Source: Acetatifactor sp.
Lineage (GTDB): Bacteria; Bacillota; Clostridia; Lachnospirales; Lachnospiraceae
Direction: 5' to 3'
DNA length: 64,000 nucleotides
Assembly (NCBI GenBank): GCA_045533725.1
Contig: JAZSII010000034.1
Location: 2,005-66,004, forward strand
A program made the position numbers and the translations under genes. Below are positions 50,112 through 59,996 of the stretch, one piece after another; positions within the stretch are counted from its first letter, which is position 1; every line of letters begins with the position of its first letter. Under the pieces are notes generated by a model. The model was not told where the DNA came from and searched no databases. It saw only the letters and a program-made list of their open reading frames with translations.

Positions 50112-51311
50112 TTATAAAAGCGAAAGAATTTTGTCTATCTCTTTATCTGTACCGGTATATCTGCACGACGCAGCTATGCCATATGCCTTAGCTTTATCCC
50201 AATCATTTACAAGTTCAATAATACCATTACAAATAGCCTCCGGTGTCAGCTCACAAATTAATCCATCCACACCATGAACAACCTGTTCTCTGTTGCCGCT
50301 ACAATTAGAAACCAAAATCGGGCATCCAAGAATCTGAGCTTCTTGTATAGCGATACTTTTACCTTCAAATCGTGTTGCATGAACATAAATATCTGTTTGT
50401 AACATATATGGATAAGGATTTTCTACTACACCGGGTAATATAAACACATCTTCCAATTCATATTTTGCAATTAACTTCAACAAAGTCTCTCTTTGTTCCC
50501 CATCACCTAATATATACCATTTAGCATTAACGCCTCTGTCTTTTAAGAGCTTCATCGCTTCAACCGATTGTGCAAAATCTTTTTGTGCAGTAAGTCGACC
50601 TACAGTTAAAATTCGAATACCATCGAATTCATCCGTAAAACCCTCGTCTCTTTTCGACATCTCTATTATTTTGTCACGATTAATCAAATTATTAAATACT
50701 TGTGTATAATCTTTACATTCCGGATAAATCTGTAAAAAAGATTCCTTTACTTCATTAGATATTGGAAATACCTCATCATATTTCAGATAACATTCTTTAT
50801 CCAACGCTCTTGTATATCCAGCCATTTGATAATCAACGTGAAAAAAAGCAACTTTTTTCTTTGCCTTAACGTGATCCGTTACATAATACGTAGAGCCGCC
50901 CTCAATATAAGCCACTGCCAAGTCATATTCTTCCTCAAACCGTTCTGCGGCATCTGAAAAACAGCGCCACAATAGCTTATCAAACATTATTTTTTTGTTT
51001 TTAATCATATGAACAAGATTCTTTACTAAATACGGAAAAAGGCGAATACAATTTGCACGCTTAAGTAACGCTTTAACAGAGGATTTGAATAAAATTCGTT
51101 TCCCTTGCGGACTTAACACAGATACATTTTTATAATTTTTATTTTTAAAAATAATCCCTTCCGGTAATCTGTCAGCTAACTCTCCCTGTCCGGTAAGAAC
51201 AAAAAGTGATAATTCCACATCCTTTTGTTGTAATGCACGTAAAAGCTCCAAAAGGGCCGTCTCTGCGCCTGCGCGTCCCATTGTATTGATTACAAATAAT
51301 ATTTTTTTCAT
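50112..51311 (-). CDS. GT4 glycosyltransferase
   Basis: AGAE, VGRLTAQK, NPYPY, FEGKSIAIQEA. Confidence 0.88.
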   Translation of the reverse strand: MKKILFVINTMGRAGAETALLELLRALQQKDVELSLFVLTGQGELADRLPEGIIFKNKNYKNVSVLSPQGKRILFKSSVKALLKRANCIRLFPYLVKNLVHMIKNKKIMFDKLLWRCFSDAAERFEEEYDLAVAYIEGGSTYYVTDHVKAKKKVAFFHVDYQMAGYTRALDKECYLKYDEVFPISNEVKESFLQIYPECKDYTQVFNNLINRDKIIEMSKRDEGFTDEFDGIRILTVGRLTAQKDFAQSVEAMKLLKDRGVNAKWYILGDGEQRETLLKLIAKYELEDVFILPGVVENPYPYMLQTDIYVHATRFEGKSIAIQEAQILGCPILVSNCSGNREQVVHGVDGLICELTPEAICNGIIELVNDWDKAKAYGIAASCRYTGTDKEIDKILSLL

Positions 51312-51314
51312 GTG

Positions 51315-51701
51315 TTATTCAACCTTTTCATCGACGAGAACCATTAACTTTTCAATCTTTTCCATCATAATCTGATTTTCCTGATTCATCAACGAAACCT
51401 GTATTGCAAGTTCCTGATTCTTTCTGGTAAGCTCAGATACTTTCGCAGTTATATAGAAGAATCCGCCCAGCAAACAATAACCTACTACAAGGATGACCAC
51501 AAACGCTGTCACACTCATTAAATTGGCAATACCATATGGTCTTAGAACCAAACCTGCAATCACCAACATAACAGAAACAAGTCCCCAGGTAAGGCAAAAT
51601 GACTCCGTCATCTTGCGTCTGGCCAAAGACGACAAGGTAATAGCAAAAAGTCCCACTCCGGTCAGTGCTATAATCAATCGTAAAATATCAATCAATAACA
51701 T
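51315..51701 (-). CDS. DUF2304 (GacJ-like) membrane protein
   Basis: Three TM helices then VSEL..KNQELAIQVSL coiled coil; near GT2. Confidence 0.75.
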   Translation of the reverse strand: MLLIDILRLIIALTGVGLFAITLSSLARRKMTESFCLTWGLVSVMLVIAGLVLRPYGIANLMSVTAFVVILVVGYCLLGGFFYITAKVSELTRKNQELAIQVSLMNQENQIMMEKIEKLMVLVDEKVE

Positions 51702-51716
51702 CTACACTTCCCCTTT

Positions 51717-53177
51717 CTACTTCACATTTGAAATCATGGAATATCTGTCAAATACCTTATTGGAAGGACACGTACCGTTTCCTTTTTTCATAACGCTTCC
51801 GTTACAGAATATATGAACATCCATGGTTTTTTCTATCTTACGAAGTCTGGAATATGCTGTCAGCCAACCGGCTAATGAACCAATAACTAATCCGATACCA
51901 AACCATATAGGTGTAAGATGTGTTGCAAAAATTGCTCCGACAAACGTTATCAAACAAAATACTCCTGCTGATATAAGCGCTCCTCTTAAATCATTAAAAT
52001 AATACAAGAAAATAATAGCCGAATACATAATGAATAAGATAAAATAACCTGCAGCCAAACAGGGATATATCTGCATTATTTTGCCTCCAAAGCCTAATCT
52101 CGGCAAAAATACCACACTTAAGAAATAAATAATTACCGAAACAATAAACTGCAATCTTGCAAGATTCATCAACTCATCCGATAGCTGTCGAAACATTCTT
52201 CTCTTTGCATTTTCAATATCCATTCCTCTTCCGCCGATAACCGCCTCGGAATAAGCCTTATATCTCTCGTGAAAGTGCATTTCCACACGTGAGATAAAGA
52301 TTACACTTGCTGAGATATTGGTAAACATTCCAAGACAAGCAGCCATATCATATGCAGTCATACATACAAAGCTTTTCACAACTACCATATGCATGTCCGT
52401 TGACCAAAAAACAAAATTATGAATATATAATCCCAGGGTATACAAAAAATTGGTAGCAACTAATTGCCAGTACTTTTTGAAATATCTGAGTACTTCCATA
52501 TATTTTTTGCTGTTATTTCTAAAATAGCTCTTTACCTGTGCCCATTCCAGACAGGCAATTAACAACAGTCCCAAATCCAATGCTATTAACATACTGATGG
52601 TCTTTTCCATATGAAACAAATATACAAAAACCAACGAAAGCAATATGGTGAAAACCATACCGATAAAGAAGAAATTGGATATTTTTTTATAATCTTTGCA
52701 TATGGATAGATACAGCATGGTATAAAAAACCAACACTAAGGATACATATCCGCAATATCCTGCAAAAATAAAGGCTATTGGGACGCCGCCTACCACATAT
52801 TCCCAAATACAAAACGGAATACCGAGCAAACAGCTTAATGATAAATTCATAATAAGCCCGACAAAATAACAGGGTAAAATATCATCATATGTCTCATTGT
52901 AAATTACATCTGACATATATTTTGATAAGACTGCATTAAAGGGTGCTGAAGTCAATAAAGCGAAGATAAATATGTACAACAATGTACATGAATATAACTC
53001 TCTGCTCGCATATCCAACTTTGGATACATCCAATAATAACCCCATCGTAAATACAGCCATAATAACCAATAACATAGGCGCAATTGTTATTACTGCACTA
53101 TATCCAAAACCAACCAAATTTGTTGCAATGGTATTTTTATTGAATATTCTATTCAATTTAACACCTATACCTGCCAT
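51717..53177 (-). CDS. pelG: Pel exopolysaccharide transporter PelG
   Basis: MAGIGVKL N-terminus, FVFWS, AYDMA, VEMHF..RY..Y, LYYFND; follows pelF. Confidence 0.9.
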   Translation of the reverse strand: MAGIGVKLNRIFNKNTIATNLVGFGYSAVITIAPMLLVIMAVFTMGLLLDVSKVGYASRELYSCTLLYIFIFALLTSAPFNAVLSKYMSDVIYNETYDDILPCYFVGLIMNLSLSCLLGIPFCIWEYVVGGVPIAFIFAGYCGYVSLVLVFYTMLYLSICKDYKKISNFFFIGMVFTILLSLVFVYLFHMEKTISMLIALDLGLLLIACLEWAQVKSYFRNNSKKYMEVLRYFKKYWQLVATNFLYTLGLYIHNFVFWSTDMHMVVVKSFVCMTAYDMAACLGMFTNISASVIFISRVEMHFHERYKAYSEAVIGGRGMDIENAKRRMFRQLSDELMNLARLQFIVSVIIYFLSVVFLPRLGFGGKIMQIYPCLAAGYFILFIMYSAIIFLYYFNDLRGALISAGVFCLITFVGAIFATHLTPIWFGIGLVIGSLAGWLTAYSRLRKIEKTMDVHIFCNGSVMKKGNGTCPSNKVFDRYSMISNVK

Positions 53178-53215
53178 ACTTTAACTCCTCTATTTGCCTT
53201 GCACAAAGACAAACT

Positions 53216-54670
53216 CTATTCTATGGTAAACTTTTCTGTTGTAAATTCACAACCGAATATCGCACCTATTTCTTTATATAAATCTCTATAGGTCTCACGC
53301 ATTTGTGACAAAAGATATCGATTGATAACTCTGTTATATCCGCACTCTCCCATTTCTTTACGCATTTTAGGATTTTCAGCCATTTCAACCATTGCAGCAG
53401 ATATTTCAGTAACATTCATAATATGCGTAAGGATTCCGGCCGTACCGTAACCGTCTCCATTTCCAAAAATCAATTCCCTGCAATTTCCTACATCTGTTGC
53501 AATTGTAGGTTTATGTGCGGCATAGCTTTCCAGAATAGTCAATGGTTGTCCTTCACTTATACTGGTCAATATGGTAAAGTCCATACGCCCCAGATACTCC
53601 AAAACATTTACACGTCCCAAAAATACAACGTCAGGAATCCTTTGTTGTTCTACCAACTCAAAACATTCCTGTGCATATTCTTCATCCTCATCCAAAGGTC
53701 CCATAATCCATAATTTAAGGTTAGGTACCTTCTCTTTAGCAAAAGAAAAAGCTCTGATAAGTGTCTTGACATCTTTAATCGGGGTAACACGCAATACAGC
53801 TCCGATATTGACATATTTCTCATCCTCATCCCTTTTTCCGGGAATATCGGCAAATCGTTCCACATCAATACCATTTGGTGTTATCATTAATTTCTCTTTC
53901 GGACATCCGAGGCCTATTTGCAGACTTTGGGCATGAGCAAATAAGCTTGTCACAACATCTGCCCGGTCATAGGCCAATTTAGACATTTTGCGAAACTGTT
54001 CAATCCAGATATTTTTATATACACCTGCAACCCAGGTTGCTTTCAGAAGCTCTTCTTCTCGTTCCCTCGTATAAATACCGTGCTCTGATACTATCAGACC
54101 CGCATTATAGAAATATTTTGCCATACTTCCCAATACACCTGCATATCCGGTAGCAACACAATGATAAATATCTGCTTTGGGCAGCTTAGATTTCAAAACA
54201 AGAAATAATGGCAAGTAGATAGAACGCACTGTCCATAAAAAATCAGAAAAGACCATTTGGGAATATTTTGTATTGTACACCTCTTTTACTACTTTCAAAA
54301 AATCGGCACCCATCAATAAATCGTCCACAGATAAATTATCATTCTGGAACATATCAAACAAAACATCCCAATCCACTTTTTGGTTTAAGATAATACTTCT
54401 TAATGCATTATATTGTTTTTCATCAAGCTTGGTCCGCTTTCCATTCCTTTTTTTCGTTCCCCAATCAAAATCATCCAAATATACTTCGTATACTTCTGTC
54501 AAATTTTCCGGCAATTCATATAGAAATTTACCACTTTGGGATCGATTGGAAATAATAGCCAATACACAAAATTCCAAGTTCGGAAATGCCTTTATCATAC
54601 TGTGTATCCAGCCAGATACACCGCCAACCACGTAAGGATAACAGCCTTCCGCTACAATACATATCTTCAT
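53216..54670 (-). CDS. pelF: Pel GT4 glycosyltransferase PelF
   Basis: EGCYPYVVGGVSGW, TGYAG, SEHGIYTRER, PIKDVKT, SISEGQPL. Confidence 0.93.
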   Translation of the reverse strand: MKICIVAEGCYPYVVGGVSGWIHSMIKAFPNLEFCVLAIISNRSQSGKFLYELPENLTEVYEVYLDDFDWGTKKRNGKRTKLDEKQYNALRSIILNQKVDWDVLFDMFQNDNLSVDDLLMGADFLKVVKEVYNTKYSQMVFSDFLWTVRSIYLPLFLVLKSKLPKADIYHCVATGYAGVLGSMAKYFYNAGLIVSEHGIYTREREEELLKATWVAGVYKNIWIEQFRKMSKLAYDRADVVTSLFAHAQSLQIGLGCPKEKLMITPNGIDVERFADIPGKRDEDEKYVNIGAVLRVTPIKDVKTLIRAFSFAKEKVPNLKLWIMGPLDEDEEYAQECFELVEQQRIPDVVFLGRVNVLEYLGRMDFTILTSISEGQPLTILESYAAHKPTIATDVGNCRELIFGNGDGYGTAGILTHIMNVTEISAAMVEMAENPKMRKEMGECGYNRVINRYLLSQMRETYRDLYKEIGAIFGCEFTTEKFTIE

Positions 54671-54694
54671 ATAATCACCTAAATCTTATGTAAA

Positions 54695-56533
54695 TTACCA
54701 GGTCTTTGCACCCTGTTCCTTCAAACTCAACGGTTCTAATTCTATCAGTACTTTATCCTCTGTTACATGAACTAAATATGCGTTCTTTTCCAATTCTGTA
54801 ACGGTACCTCCGCTGATGGATACCACCTTTTCGTCGTGGGTACGAAGAATAAACCATGAGGATTCCTGCATACCGCTCACATTTAATGTAATTACGTTAT
54901 TTGTTCTTTGGTCTGAATAATTCAAATTAAAAAAATTGCGAACTCGAACATCGCTTTCTGAAATAGTTGTCTTATCAAACCCATTATCGTCTGCCCAATA
55001 AGTTAATACATTACTGGACATTTCATCATACAAAAACTGCCATTCATCCTCTTGTTTTTCAGGCCATAAAGCGGGATGTAAATCAAGAAGTACATTGGAA
55101 TATCCTAATGCTGTTTGTAAACTCCTCATAGTGAAATTATCCATATAAGTATGTTGCTTAGCATTCCCCGTAGTACATTGTAATGTAATATGATCCGTTG
55201 TATAAGATAACAAACTCTGATTATTTGTTACTTCACAAATTATTGTATGTACTTTTGACAAATATTCCTCACCGGACACTTTATCCAATAATTCCTGTAA
55301 ATCCTTTTGTTCTGCATATAAAGCAGAATACTGATATTCGCTTTCCAAAGACTTATAAAAATCAGCATCCTTTTTCAGTATATTCTCAAGCACGACATTA
55401 TTCTTGTACTTTACTGAAATACCGGCTTCGGAATCCAGCTGCTTTAATTGTTGTAAATAAAACGGCACATATGTACCTGTCGGTTCTGTTTCATCCAAGT
55501 AGTCAAATTGCGGATTAAAAAAACAGGTTATTCTTAAATTGCCGTTCGTACTCATGGAAGCTATACTGGGCCACATAACATCCTGAAAAGTCATATCCGG
55601 CGTTCTGCTGTACAATTCCATCATTTTATCCTGATTTTCTCCGGCAAATCCGGGGAAATTGGCAATTGAAATTGATTGGGCATTCACAACAGGATAAATC
55701 TCATAAGAATTCATCTCATATGCAAATGTATCCAATATACCCAATCCTGCAATCGTTGACATATAATTTCCGTTTACAGCAAAGATTTTTGTGTTGTTAT
55801 ATGTATTGCGCCAGATTAAAGCCGGAAATTCTTCTCTTTTTACAAGTTCTTCATCTTTCACGCCAACCATATAGGTTTTTGTACCACCTCGCAGAACATA
55901 CCATGGTATATTTAATTCCATGTCCTGGCGTTTTTGTTCTTTCTCTGTTTCTGCAACATACAGTGACTCTCCACCCAAAAAGAATCCTTCAAACAAATGG
56001 ACTCCTTCTATTTCGGTTTCCAATGCTCTTACTTCTCTGATTCCAAGAATATCTCTCAGACTGGTTATATATTTTACATTTTGTACATCCGGTAAATTAC
56101 AAAAGATAATCGGTATTTCATATTCTGTTATATCAACAATCCATTGTCCGTTTATACCAAATTCAAGATTTGCAGCATCCAGCACTATAATTTCTGGTTT
56201 GCGTGACGGCATAGCAAAATCTTTAAGGGTTTCGGCTTTAACAAGATTTCTCTTTGTATAATTGCACCACTGAAGCACTATATTTTCTAACTCCGTTGCT
56301 TCCGGAGAAAAATATAAAACATATCCATTTTCATCTGAAAATTTAATATTAGCATCCGTACTCACAGATGCTTGCCAGGAATCCTTCCCAGATAAAATAT
56401 CCTCATCGCTGACTGCATATGCATTTATATCAAATTGACTACCTTTATCAATGACAATTTGTGAAAATAAAAACATCACAAATACTACCAGCATCATTAA
56501 TAAAATACTAAAATAATTTCTGCGGGAAATCAT
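54695..56533 (-). CDS. DUF2194 PelA-like protein; deacetylase motifs appear degenerate
   Basis: N-terminal TM, P.LIWRN, YPVVNA, DVMWP; lies between pelE and pelF; ANFP where DDFP is expected. Confidence 0.7.
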   Translation of the reverse strand: MISRRNYFSILLMMLVVFVMFLFSQIVIDKGSQFDINAYAVSDEDILSGKDSWQASVSTDANIKFSDENGYVLYFSPEATELENIVLQWCNYTKRNLVKAETLKDFAMPSRKPEIIVLDAANLEFGINGQWIVDITEYEIPIIFCNLPDVQNVKYITSLRDILGIREVRALETEIEGVHLFEGFFLGGESLYVAETEKEQKRQDMELNIPWYVLRGGTKTYMVGVKDEELVKREEFPALIWRNTYNNTKIFAVNGNYMSTIAGLGILDTFAYEMNSYEIYPVVNAQSISIANFPGFAGENQDKMMELYSRTPDMTFQDVMWPSIASMSTNGNLRITCFFNPQFDYLDETEPTGTYVPFYLQQLKQLDSEAGISVKYKNNVVLENILKKDADFYKSLESEYQYSALYAEQKDLQELLDKVSGEEYLSKVHTIICEVTNNQSLLSYTTDHITLQCTTGNAKQHTYMDNFTMRSLQTALGYSNVLLDLHPALWPEKQEDEWQFLYDEMSSNVLTYWADDNGFDKTTISESDVRVRNFFNLNYSDQRTNNVITLNVSGMQESSWFILRTHDEKVVSISGGTVTELEKNAYLVHVTEDKVLIELEPLSLKEQGAKTW

Positions 56534-56548
56534 CTATTTACTCCTTTT

Positions 56549-57460
56549 TTATCGGAATACACGTATCAATTCAAGGGTTTCATTGTCAATTACAATTGCC
56601 GACTGCTTCAACTCCTCGATAACGGCAAAAAAACGTTCTTTTTGTCCGCTGTTAAAATACAGTTTCAATTGACATGTATAGGAAGACAATGTATTAGGAT
56701 ATTCGTAAATTGCTCGTTTACACCACTTTTCACAAGTCTCAAAATCCTCAACTTCTATCAATCTTAAGCACATTGCTTCATACTGATTACTTCCTAAACG
56801 TTCTTTTTCCTCGTTATAAATCAACGTACAAACTTCATCCATTGTTCGAACATAGGATTTTTGTTCTATGTCCGATAAAATCTTCTGCTCCAAAAACTGA
56901 TTCATATAATCAAACAGCATGCCTGCATACAACAAACGGTTTTCTTCCCGGGTATGTATATATTTATACTGCCTTTGTACCGTTACTCGAAATTCATTTA
57001 ATGCATCCTGTAATACGGAAGCTGCATAATGAGCCGTTTCGGTATCTTCACTGTTCAAAGCCATAGAAATCGCTGAAAGGGTATTTCTGATATCTCCTCT
57101 TACAATATTCAACATCAGGGAACGCAAACCATCCGTATCGGTTACGGCTATTGCTTCTTCCAGCGGAACCATATTGCGTTCGCTTTCTTCATCTGCATGT
57201 ATAAAAGTCCGTACACGTTCTTTACTAAAAATTACGTCTTCCAAATCCACCGGTTCAGAAAAGAACAACAGATATAATGCATGTGAAAGCACAAAAAACA
57301 AAACACCTACTACAGGACATAAAACCATTACCGTTGCACGAATCCAAAAGGAACGCTTGTTTTCTTTCTTTTTCAGAACAATGTTCCATAACAGGTAGAT
57401 AATTACAATCAGCAAATTAATTAACAGAATTGTCAAAAAAACAATCATTGATTTTGCCAT
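56549..57460 (-). CDS. pelE: PelE-like protein (2 TM + TPR)
   Basis: LCPVVG, VPLEEA, D.ETAHYAAS, TPR-like helices; between pelD and pelA. Confidence 0.75.
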   Translation of the reverse strand: MAKSMIVFLTILLINLLIVIIYLLWNIVLKKKENKRSFWIRATVMVLCPVVGVLFFVLSHALYLLFFSEPVDLEDVIFSKERVRTFIHADEESERNMVPLEEAIAVTDTDGLRSLMLNIVRGDIRNTLSAISMALNSEDTETAHYAASVLQDALNEFRVTVQRQYKYIHTREENRLLYAGMLFDYMNQFLEQKILSDIEQKSYVRTMDEVCTLIYNEEKERLGSNQYEAMCLRLIEVEDFETCEKWCKRAIYEYPNTLSSYTCQLKLYFNSGQKERFFAVIEELKQSAIVIDNETLELIRVFR

Positions 57461-59634
57461 GCAATCTCATCCTCCACGATTTCTGTTTTGTAACCTCTTT
57501 CTGCAAATCTCCTCATAACATGCTCTGCCTCTGCGATTGTCGTATTAGAAAGAAGCGCATACATATGTCCATCCGGCAAAGTTCCCACATAATCCATAGG
57601 ACGTAAATTGGCAGCAAAAATTTTGCCCGTTTCAAGATAGAGATGCTCCGGAGCGTGAATTCGAATCATGGTACACTCTGTCAAATGTCTTCTTTCTGCC
57701 TGAACATACGCTCTTGCCAATGTTTCAAAGGCATCTGCTTTCAACATTCTGGAATCAGCCACATAACGCTCCTGCTCCAGCGCAGCCAAATATCGGTTTG
57801 CACGCAAGGAGGCATTTTGAATCAAGGCACTGATAACGGTCAATTGATTAGCCTGTCCCAAGGTCATTTGTTCCCATTGAATACCCCAAATAAAAATCAT
57901 CATCTGAATCTCTTCATTTTCCAAAATAGCACTTGCCATAAGGGGATAATTCTCATCCATTTTACGATTTATATATACTTTGCCGCTAATAAGGGTTTCA
58001 TATACTTCTCCCAGTTCACGGTATTTGATGGAATTCCCCATTACCTTGGCTTTTTGAGATGTATAAGAAAATAACCGTGCATAATCACTGTTTGAAACAG
58101 TATATATTGCAACATCCTTACTACGCATTAATTGGCTTAAAATTTCAGCCGCATAGAATAATACTTCCTCCGGGCTGTATCTTTCTAACGCCGAAGTGAT
58201 ACTATAAATCTTACCAACACTGTCATTCTGGTTAATAATCTGAGTGGAAAGAGCGTCCTTTACTCTTACATTACTGCTGTTAATATCCTGAATATCACTT
58301 AACTGCTCTGTCAGGAATTCGCGCTCTTCTATATTTTCATTCTTAATATTTTTCAATTGGTCTCTCATATAGCCTACTGAAAGCCCGAAAATAAACAATT
58401 CCGCCATCCAGACATAGGTATGGGAATCCATCATGATTTCAAATCCAGTCTTTGTGGCTGTCTGTGCATAGAAATACCCTATAACAGATAGCACAGCGGA
58501 AAAGGTAGCCTGTTGCTGTCCATATACCATGGCAAAAATCAAAACATACAGCAAGAAGAAATCCATTCCGAAAAAAACAGTACTGTCTGCTAAAATCACA
58601 TTTAAAATAAAGAATACAAAGAAACAAATAATATTTTCTACAAAAGGAACAAGCGCCTTCACCAACCAATTGGATCCATCCAAAAAACGTTTCCAAATCG
58701 GCTGCTGTTTTTCGGCATCCGTCAAAAAAACATATCTGTTCTTCTTCATATAACTAACCATCTTGTGGAGAATCTGATGCAACTCACAGGAAAATGGTTT
58801 ACCAAATTCCTCCGTATACCTTTCTCCCGCCAAGACCTGTCTGACAGCGCTCTTTTGGGTAGAAACCAATTTCACATCAAAACCCATATCATCACTGATT
58901 AAAGCTGCCAAATCAAATTCAGACATCTCCTGTCCTGAAGATAAATTGTAAACCGGATATCTGTGTTTTCGCGCTTTGATTACTTTGTAAATCATTTCTA
59001 CTGCATCTGTTTCATATAACAGTGAGAATACATTTCCTTCTGTCAAAGTGATACTTTGTTCCTCCAAAGCCTCCAAACACATTTTGGAACATATATCATT
59101 TACTTCTTTTCTGCAGGTTGGCATTGAATATAAATGATCCAATCTCAGAGTCACAATATCCTTGTCCCGATATCCCCGATGACTTTGACAAATCTCCTCT
59201 CCCTGTGCCAAAACCATGCTTCTGTAACCACTGGGGCTTAAAAGCTCATCCTCCGATATGTTTTCAGGATAATGCAAGGAATATACTTCATTGGATGACA
59301 AATAAATAAATTGTCCCGAACAATTCTTTGCATATGCCATTAAAATATTCATTAAGTTTGTAGAATATCTTACAGCTTCACGTTCTTCTTCCACCCATCT
59401 GTAGTTGGTATCAAAAGCACCCATATACAATACAACGTCAGGATTTACACTCTCGAATATTTCATCCAGGCAGGAACAGTCATATGTAAAATCATAACGC
59501 TCAAATACCTTCTGATACGGCGCCTGTTTATATCTGCTACCTGTCAGCAAATATAATCTGTGTCCTTCCTTATTTAACTTGATTATTAAATTATTAATAA
59601 GACTCCCCGAGCCACCTATCAATAATATGTTCAT
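57445..59634 (-). CDS. pelD: PelD-like c-di-GMP receptor with N-terminal SDR/epimerase-like domain, TM bundle, GAF and degenerate GGDEF
   Basis: ILLIGGSGSL Rossmann start, YLSSNEVY; DFFLLYVLIFAMVYG; AIY..YARL GAF; RPMD I-site, ALLSNT. Confidence 0.8.
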   Translation of the reverse strand: MNILLIGGSGSLINNLIIKLNKEGHRLYLLTGSRYKQAPYQKVFERYDFTYDCSCLDEIFESVNPDVVLYMGAFDTNYRWVEEEREAVRYSTNLMNILMAYAKNCSGQFIYLSSNEVYSLHYPENISEDELLSPSGYRSMVLAQGEEICQSHRGYRDKDIVTLRLDHLYSMPTCRKEVNDICSKMCLEALEEQSITLTEGNVFSLLYETDAVEMIYKVIKARKHRYPVYNLSSGQEMSEFDLAALISDDMGFDVKLVSTQKSAVRQVLAGERYTEEFGKPFSCELHQILHKMVSYMKKNRYVFLTDAEKQQPIWKRFLDGSNWLVKALVPFVENIICFFVFFILNVILADSTVFFGMDFFLLYVLIFAMVYGQQQATFSAVLSVIGYFYAQTATKTGFEIMMDSHTYVWMAELFIFGLSVGYMRDQLKNIKNENIEEREFLTEQLSDIQDINSSNVRVKDALSTQIINQNDSVGKIYSITSALERYSPEEVLFYAAEILSQLMRSKDVAIYTVSNSDYARLFSYTSQKAKVMGNSIKYRELGEVYETLISGKVYINRKMDENYPLMASAILENEEIQMMIFIWGIQWEQMTLGQANQLTVISALIQNASLRANRYLAALEQERYVADSRMLKADAFETLARAYVQAERRHLTECTMIRIHAPEHLYLETGKIFAANLRPMDYVGTLPDGHMYALLSNTTIAEAEHVMRRFAERGYKTEIVEDEIAWQNQ

Positions 59635-59637
59635 AAT

Positions 59638-59919
59638 TTATTCCTCTATCTTTACTCCATATGCTCTTAATTGTTGTATAAACTGCAATATGTCTTCTTC
59701 CAATTCTTCCTTCGATATTTCATACTCTGCCGAAAGCGCATTACTCATTTCTGCAATACTTGCTTCTTCAATCATCATTTTCCAAATTTGGGCACCAACC
59801 TCATTCAAAGTCATAGGACGCTTATAAGGAATCCCTTTTTGAGACATATCTATAAGCCAATAATTGCCGGCAGCATAACGCAATGCATAGGAATTGTCTA
59901 TTATGTGTATTTTTTTCAT
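59638..59919 (-). CDS. Stand-alone PqqD/RRE-family protein
   Basis: TLNEVGAQIWK...LSAEYEI..EELEEDILQFIQQL; RBS GAGGAG; stop 3 nt before pelD start. Confidence 0.85.
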   Translation of the reverse strand: MKKIHIIDNSYALRYAAGNYWLIDMSQKGIPYKRPMTLNEVGAQIWKMMIEEASIAEMSNALSAEYEISKEELEEDILQFIQQLRAYGVKIEE

Positions 59920-59996
59920 GCATACTCCTCAATAAACCTTGTAAATCAAACCAATATATTATATCACAAAAATGTAATAATTCATAGCAAAATCTT

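Noticed and set aside
36710-59919. PQQ or radical-SAM RiPP biosynthesis suggested by PqqD domains
   Set aside because: No pqqABCE or SPASM radical SAM gene in the block; the DUF512 radical SAM at 26.9 kb is the usual der neighbour.
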